DNA from: an uncultured Alphaproteobacteria bacterium
GTDB lineage: Bacteria; Pseudomonadota; Alphaproteobacteria; Rhizobiales; Xanthobacteraceae
Length of the DNA: 64,000 nt
NCBI GenBank assembly: GCA_963841705.1
Contig: CAWJDY010000043.1
Span: 41,163 to 105,162, forward strand
Reading direction: 5' to 3'
Both the position numbers and the translations under genes were made by a program. Under the pieces are notes generated by a model. The model was not told where the DNA came from and did no database searches. It worked only from the letters and a program-made list of their open reading frames with translations. This document shows positions 63,949 through 64,000 of the stretch, in pieces; the stretch's first letter is position 1; every line of letters begins with the position of its first letter.

Positions 63949-64000
63949 TAGCGGGCGTCCTCGCGGATCATGGCCGCGCCCTTCTCCGCGATCATCATGG
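63949..64000 (-). CDS. 3' end of an unidentified gene (partial)
   Basis: The minus-strand frame reads ...[16 protein letters not shown]-stop. The stop TAA abuts the start of the downstream dehydrogenase. Too short to name. Confidence 0.3.

Overview
High-GC alphaproteobacterial chromosome segment, by gene content and repeat families most like Bradyrhizobiaceae/Nitrobacteraceae. About two thirds is ordinary housekeeping or catabolic DNA. This includes rpoD, the rpmH-rnpA-yidC-engB-argB block, the pckA / chvI-chvG-hprK-EIIA(Man)-HPr locus, ahcY, lepA and mepA. It also includes a Liv-type ABC transporter next to UbiD/HpaB/amidohydrolase/pirin aromatic-acid genes, and a DUF993/TIM-barrel/Gfo-Idh-MocA sugar cluster. 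The stand-out feature is a one-strand array of about 35 tRNA and tRNA-like genes on the minus strand (30515-31079 and 31659-34446), split once by a VOC/glyoxalase gene. I folded every unit by hand. About 25 units are acceptable cloverleaves with encoded CCA. All four Ser-anticodon units have a tRNA-Sec/allo-tRNA-like architecture: 8-bp acceptor, 4-bp T stem, long D stem with a tiny loop, and a long variable arm. Three units carry Leu anticodons (CAG, CAA, GAG) on class-I scaffolds with a short variable loop. Several units have C33, 8-nt anticodon loops or an A54/U58-type T loop. At least three units are expanded or destroyed by the same REP-type hairpins that populate intergenic DNA elsewhere in the window. 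The array lies in an accessory-looking stretch that ends at a conventional tRNA-Arg(ACG) gene (41013-41089). Other notable items: a group II intron (RT/maturase, no endonuclease domain) inserted in a REP hairpin; several nested-palindrome repeat families; and a 273-bp MITE-like element with 27-bp terminal inverted repeats. Three genes are broken by single-base frameshifts, each in a C/G triplet run, so these may be sequencing errors or real decay. There is also a cold-shock module (cspA, DEAD-box helicase, rpsU). All RNA folds, boundaries and family calls are manual and need software confirmation.
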